Assembly (NCBI GenBank): GCA_016203765.1
Contig: JACQMB010000145.1
Span: 1,124 to 65,123, forward strand
Reading direction: 5' to 3'
DNA from: Deltaproteobacteria bacterium
GTDB lineage: Bacteria > UBA10199 > SPLOWO2-01-44-7
DNA length: 64,000 nucleotides
The position numbers were made by a program, and so were the translations under genes. Each line of letters opens with the position of its first letter. Position 1 is the first letter of the stretch. Of this stretch, positions 60,256-64,000 are shown one piece after another. Under the pieces are notes generated by a model. It saw only the letters and a list, made by a program, of their open reading frames with translations, was not told the origin of the DNA and did not search any database.

Positions 60256-61524
60256 GTGAAAAAGAAATTATTGATTTCGTGGGGGAGCCCCTATCAATTT
60301 CACGGATTGATTATCCCCCTTATCCCTAAATTGGCCGAGGTGTTTTCCGTTTATGTCGTTTTTTCCGATTTTAACACGCCTGCTTTGTTGCGCGCCCGTT
60401 TGGAGGCGATGGCCCGTCAAAAGCAGATCGAAAAATATTGGCTCCTCCCCGATTTTTCCGGATCGTTTCGCCTGAAAGATCTTCTGAAACATCATGCCGC
60501 CGTTCGCCACAACCTAAAAACATGGAAACAGCTCAATTTTGATGTTTTGCTGGCTTGCGATGATTTGACCACTTATCAGAGATATCTCTCCGAATGTGCA
60601 GTTTCAAATGAGTGTATGCATGTTTGCTGGATTGCCGGAAGGACACATCTGATGATAGGAAAAAAAAGAAACGAAACAGGTTTGCTCAAAAGGGGGCTTG
60701 TCAAAATCGGGGAAGCGGGTTCGCTCGCGGACGTTTTCAAGAAAGGCATTCGGGTATCCAGCCGCACCATCCACCGTTTCAAAAAGCAAGGCATCCATTT
60801 TTTGGATCATATCCTTTTGCCGGCGTTATTAGCCGGCAAAGTTTTTCCACCCGGTCCTTACGACCATTTGACCCAAACCGGTCCGGGAAACTGCGATGCA
60901 ATGATCTTTTGCGATGAAGCCACAGCCTCGGCCCACAAGCCTTTTTGCAAGACCGATGCGATTTTCATGGCCGGCTACCCCACGCAGGGTCTTTGCCGCT
61001 GCCGGGAGAGAGAAAATGACAAAAAGACCCTTTTGGTCTTTGTGGGATACGGCCATGAAATCGGTGAAGATTTTTTGGCGCTCTATTATCGGGATCTTCA
61101 AACGATGCTCAAGGGAACAGGGGCCCAAAAAATTCATTTACGGCCCCATCCCCGTTCACCCAAGGAAACCCCCTTTGGTTTGAGCCGCTACCTTCAGGAG
61201 CGCGGCATTGACGCCCAACCGGTGGGTTGTGAGAAGCCGATTTGGGAAATTGTCTGTGATTACGAGGGAGTAGTCGGCCCCATATCAGAGGCCTTGCGTG
61301 ACGCGCGAACCACTTGTGATTACATACCGGTGGTTTGTCTTATATCCATCTCCGATCCCCGCTACGAAAACCCCCGCGTTTCCTTTGGCAATCACACAAT
61401 GATCGGCTGGATTGAAAAAGACGGTTCCTATGATCCCGCCATTTTTGAGAGGCGAAGGGCCGAACGTCCCAGGCGAAAATCAGTCCCTGAAATCCTCCTG
61501 GAGCTCTCCTCAACAAACCCTTGA
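60256..61524 (+). CDS. Hypothetical protein, related to the 14930-16432 product (possible GT-B-like)
   Basis: I propose a GTG start at 60256, preceded by GGAGGGGAAGG; the ATG at 60154 would overlap the upstream gene by 65 nt. The segment KTLLVFVGYG...KIHLRPHPRSP parallels KTLLVLPEG...ILFRCHPAIP in the 14930 protein. Confidence 0.5.
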   Translation: MKKKLLISWGSPYQFHGLIIPLIPKLAEVFSVYVVFSDFNTPALLRARLEAMARQKQIEKYWLLPDFSGSFRLKDLLKHHAAVRHNLKTWKQLNFDVLLACDDLTTYQRYLSECAVSNECMHVCWIAGRTHLMIGKKRNETGLLKRGLVKIGEAGSLADVFKKGIRVSSRTIHRFKKQGIHFLDHILLPALLAGKVFPPGPYDHLTQTGPGNCDAMIFCDEATASAHKPFCKTDAIFMAGYPTQGLCRCRERENDKKTLLVFVGYGHEIGEDFLALYYRDLQTMLKGTGAQKIHLRPHPRSPKETPFGLSRYLQERGIDAQPVGCEKPIWEIVCDYEGVVGPISEALRDARTTCDYIPVVCLISISDPRYENPRVSFGNHTMIGWIEKDGSYDPAIFERRRAERPRRKSVPEILLELSSTNP

Positions 61525-61560
61525 CAAGCGGGCTTTTGTTAAGCCTAAGATGCCCCGCCC

Positions 61561-62376
61561 ATGCCTTTTCCAACACTCGACTTGACCGCCAAAACGCTCC
61601 GCGGCGCCGTGGTGGAGATGTCCCACCGGGCGGGGGCCCCCCATTTGGCCTCTTCACTCTCTTGTATTGATATTTTGACGGTCCTTTATTGGAAAATTCT
61701 TCGGTTGGACCCCAAAAAACCCCAAGACCCCGACCGGGATCGGTTTATTTTGAGCAAGGGGCACGCGGCCGCCGCCCTTTATGCCGCGCTGGCCCATCGC
61801 GGTTTTTATCCCGCGGAGGATTTGAAAAAGTATGTCGTCAATGAAAGCCGTTTTCCCGAACACCCGCCCGCCGTCGGCCTTCCCGGCGTGGAGGCGGCGA
61901 CCGGCTCCCTGGGCCACGGCCTTCCCATGGGTTTGGGAATGGCGCTCGCCGCGAGGATTCTGAAGAAGAAATACCGTGTCTTTGTTTTGTTGAGCGACGG
62001 GGAGTGCAACGAAGGTTCCAATTGGGAAGCGGCCATGTTTGCGGCGGGACAAAAACTGTCGAACGTCTGCGTCCTCGTCGATTATAACAAATGGCAGGCG
62101 ACCGGACGGAGCCGGGACATCCTGGCCATTCATCCCCTCGACAAAAAATGGGAGGCCTGCGGCTGGTCCACCCTCGAGATCGACGGCCATGATCACTCCG
62201 GGTTGACCGAAGTCCTTTCCGCCTTGCCCCGGGAAGATGGGAAACCGACCGCCATTATCGCCCACACGATCAAGGGAAAAGGAATTTCATTTATGGAAGA
62301 CGACAACAACTGGCACTATAAAATCCCTTCTGTTGCGGAGGTGGCGGCGGCCAAAAAAGAACTCGGATTGATATGA
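61561..62376 (+). CDS. Transketolase, N-terminal (ThDP pyrophosphate-binding) subunit
   Basis: Motifs are SCIDILTVLYW, DRFILSKGHAAAALYA, GSLGHGLPMGLGMA and LLSDGECNEGSNWEA. Confidence 0.9.
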   Translation: MPFPTLDLTAKTLRGAVVEMSHRAGAPHLASSLSCIDILTVLYWKILRLDPKKPQDPDRDRFILSKGHAAAALYAALAHRGFYPAEDLKKYVVNESRFPEHPPAVGLPGVEAATGSLGHGLPMGLGMALAARILKKKYRVFVLLSDGECNEGSNWEAAMFAAGQKLSNVCVLVDYNKWQATGRSRDILAIHPLDKKWEACGWSTLEIDGHDHSGLTEVLSALPREDGKPTAIIAHTIKGKGISFMEDDNNWHYKIPSVAEVAAAKKELGLI

Positions 62377-63293
62377 GAAACGCGTTTGCGCAAGAATTAA
62401 CGGCCCTGGCCAAAGAAGAATCCCGGCTCGTTTTTCTCTCCGGGGATATCGGCAACAAACTCTTTGACGCCTTCAAGGCCGAATGCCCGAATCGATTTTA
62501 CAACTGCGGGGTGGCCGAGCAAAACATGATGGGGGTGGCGGCGGGCCTGGCCAAGTCGGGGCTAAGGCCGATCGTCTATACCATCACCCCCTTCGTCACC
62601 ACCCGCTGTTACGAGCAAATCCGTGTCGATGTTTGTTATCACAACCTTCCCGTTATTATTGCCGGGGTGGGAAGCGGTTTGAGCTATGCCACGCTGGGGC
62701 CGACGCATCATTCCCTGGAGGATATCGCCTTTTTGAGGGCCTTGCCGGAGATGACCGTGCTTTGCCCGGGGGATGCGATGGAGGTGCGCGCTTGTCTGCG
62801 GGCCGCGTTGAAACACTCCGGACCCGTCTATCTCCGCCTGGGCAAAAAGGGCGAACCGGTGATTCACAAAGAGGTTCCAAAGGTTACCATCGGCCGGGCT
62901 TTGGAAATCCAACGGGGAAAAGATATTTGTTTATTGAGCACCGGAAATATTTTGCCTTTGGCCGTGGATGCGGCCAACTCCTTGGCCGACTCTCGATTGA
63001 GCGTGCAGGTTTTTAGCTTCCATACGGTCAAACCGCTGGACACGGGTGTGTTGGAGGAGGTCTTGGCAAAATACCCTTTGGTCGTGACCCTGGAGGAACA
63101 CGGCCTTTTGGGCGGCTTCGGTTCCGCCGTGGCCGAGTGGAGGGCCGACCACCCTGAATCGAAAGCCCGTTTGCTTCGTTTTGGCACCCGGGATGAATTC
63201 ATGCACAGCAACGGCGATCAAGACTTCGCCCGCGCCTATTTCGGGCTCACCCGTGAAAATATTTGCAAGAAAATTATGGAGGTCTACAAATAA
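62373..63293 (+). CDS. Transketolase, C-terminal (pyrimidine-binding) subunit
   Basis: It starts with an ATGA overlap. Motifs are FYNCGVAEQNMMGVAAGLA, GPTHHSLEDIAFLRALP and TLEEHGLLGGFGS. Confidence 0.9.
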   Translation: MRNAFAQELTALAKEESRLVFLSGDIGNKLFDAFKAECPNRFYNCGVAEQNMMGVAAGLAKSGLRPIVYTITPFVTTRCYEQIRVDVCYHNLPVIIAGVGSGLSYATLGPTHHSLEDIAFLRALPEMTVLCPGDAMEVRACLRAALKHSGPVYLRLGKKGEPVIHKEVPKVTIGRALEIQRGKDICLLSTGNILPLAVDAANSLADSRLSVQVFSFHTVKPLDTGVLEEVLAKYPLVVTLEEHGLLGGFGSAVAEWRADHPESKARLLRFGTRDEFMHSNGDQDFARAYFGLTRENICKKIMEVYK

Positions 63294-64000
63294 TGAAAAC
63301 CAAAGCGGCCGTTTTGATTCAAACCAGGGAACCGCTGGCGGTTGTCGATTTGGGCATCCCCCCGTTAAAAGAGGGACAGGTTTTGGTTGAGGTGGCTTAC
63401 AGCGGCGTTTGCCATACCCAATTATTGGAGTGCCGGGGCTATCGGGGTGAGGATAAATTTCTTCCCCATTGCCTGGGGCATGAAGCCAGCGGAGTGGTCA
63501 GGGAAATCGGACCCGGCGTGACCAAAGTTAGACCGGAACAGAAGGTGATTCTCTCCTGGATGAAAGGCTCCGGCAAAAATGTGCCGGGGACGACCTATGA
63601 TTGGAACGGGACCGCGGTCAACGCGGGGGCGGTGACGACCTTCAGTCGAAGCACGGTCGTCAGCGAAAACAGGCTGACGCCGGTGGCGGACGATTTCGAT
63701 TTGAAAAGCGCGGCCCTGTTGGGTTGCGCGGCGGCCACCGGTTTGGGATCCGTTTTGAATGTGGCCCAACCGAAGGCCGGCCAGAGCCTGGCCGTTTTCG
63801 GCGCGGGGGGAATAGGGCTTTGCGCGGTGGCGGGGGCGCGGATCGCCGGTTGCCGGCCGGTCATTGCCATTGACCTTCTTGAAGAGAGATTGGCCTTGGC
63901 GAAGGCGATGGGGGCTACCGAATGCCGGTTGGCGGGCAAGGAGGGTGCTAAGCTCGAGGGACTCGACTTTGCCGTGGAGGCCACGGGCGTTCCGGAGGTG
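63293..64000 (+). CDS. Zinc-dependent (MDR) alcohol dehydrogenase, 3' end outside window
   Basis: It is absent from the ORF track because there is no stop inside the window. I hand-translated from the ATG at 63293, which overlaps the upstream stop as TAATG: MKTKAAVLIQTREPLAVVDLGIPPLKEGQVLVEVAYSGVCHTQLLE...CLGHEASGVV...VFGAGGIGLCAVAGARIAG. The frame stays open to base 64000. Confidence 0.85.
   Translation, partial: MKTKAAVLIQTREPLAVVDLGIPPLKEGQVLVEVAYSGVCHTQLLECRGYRGEDKFLPHCLGHEASGVVREIGPGVTKVRPEQKVILSWMKGSGKNVPGTTYDWNGTAVNAGAVTTFSRSTVVSENRLTPVADDFDLKSAALLGCAAATGLGSVLNVAQPKAGQSLAVFGAGGIGLCAVAGARIAGCRPVIAIDLLEERLALAKAMGATECRLAGKEGAKLEGLDFAVEATGVPEV

Noticed and set aside
1-64000. A search for rRNA, tRNA, CRISPR repeats, IS elements, integrases, phage genes, toxin-antitoxin pairs or defence-system genes.
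   Set aside because: No intergenic space exceeds about 100 nt. I saw no repeat-spacer periodicity and no transposase, integrase or nuclease-like translations. Every sizeable ORF is explained by glycan or phosphonate biosynthesis or is a co-linear hypothetical.

Overview
The window holds about 60 tightly packed protein-coding genes and almost nothing else. I found no rRNA, tRNA, CRISPR array, transposase or integrase. It reads as one very large surface-glycan biosynthesis island (LPS, capsule or glycoprotein type) from a mid-GC bacterium, and it is cut at both window edges. There are three strand blocks: plus 1-42619 (about 41 genes), minus 42627-56821 (13 genes) and plus 56922-64000 (6 genes). 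Recognisable modules: (i) A 5,7-diamino-nonulosonic acid (pseudaminic/legionaminic-type) pathway with PseB-like dehydratase, DegT aminotransferase, PglD/NeuD acetyltransferase, NeuB-like synthase, NeuA-like CMP-transferase and a PtmE-like CBS nucleotidyltransferase, plus a HisF/HisH/WbpG-like trio predicted to make an acetamidino group. (ii) A phosphonate sub-cluster with an APS-kinase-like gene, a PEP mutase fused to a nucleotidyltransferase, phosphonopyruvate decarboxylase, a two-cupin MpnS/HEPD-family oxygenase whose residues look MpnS-like, a second nucleotidyltransferase, a radical SAM/SPASM enzyme and an iron alcohol dehydrogenase. (iii) An uncharacterised module with HpcH-type aldolase, HAD phosphatase, two SDRs, KdsB-like cytidylyltransferase, 2-hydroxyacid dehydrogenase, sulfotransferase, aminotransferase, methyltransferase and radical SAM. 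(iv) Wzy/O-antigen-ligase-like and YfhO-like membrane proteins. (v) A carbamoyltransferase with SxtJ-like and DUF5989 (SxtK-like) small membrane proteins. (vi) WecB/WecC (UDP-ManNAcA), with a WecG/TagA transferase, AsnB-like amidotransferase and a bi-domain oxidoreductase on the opposite strand. (vii) A minus-strand module with B12-radical SAM, methyltransferase, SpsF-like cytidylyltransferase, Ldh_2 oxidoreductase, FSA/transaldolase-like aldolase and SDR. (viii) A low-GC insert with a second B12-radical SAM and an AlgX/AlgJ-like SGNH protein. (ix) A split transketolase plus a Zn-dependent alcohol dehydrogenase at the right edge. The most interesting hypothesis is a methylphosphonate-decorated, possibly sulfated and carbamoylated, nonulosonate-containing glycan built with several non-canonical aldolase plus cytidylyltransferase modules. 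All functional calls rest on motifs read by eye from the translations. No database search was run.
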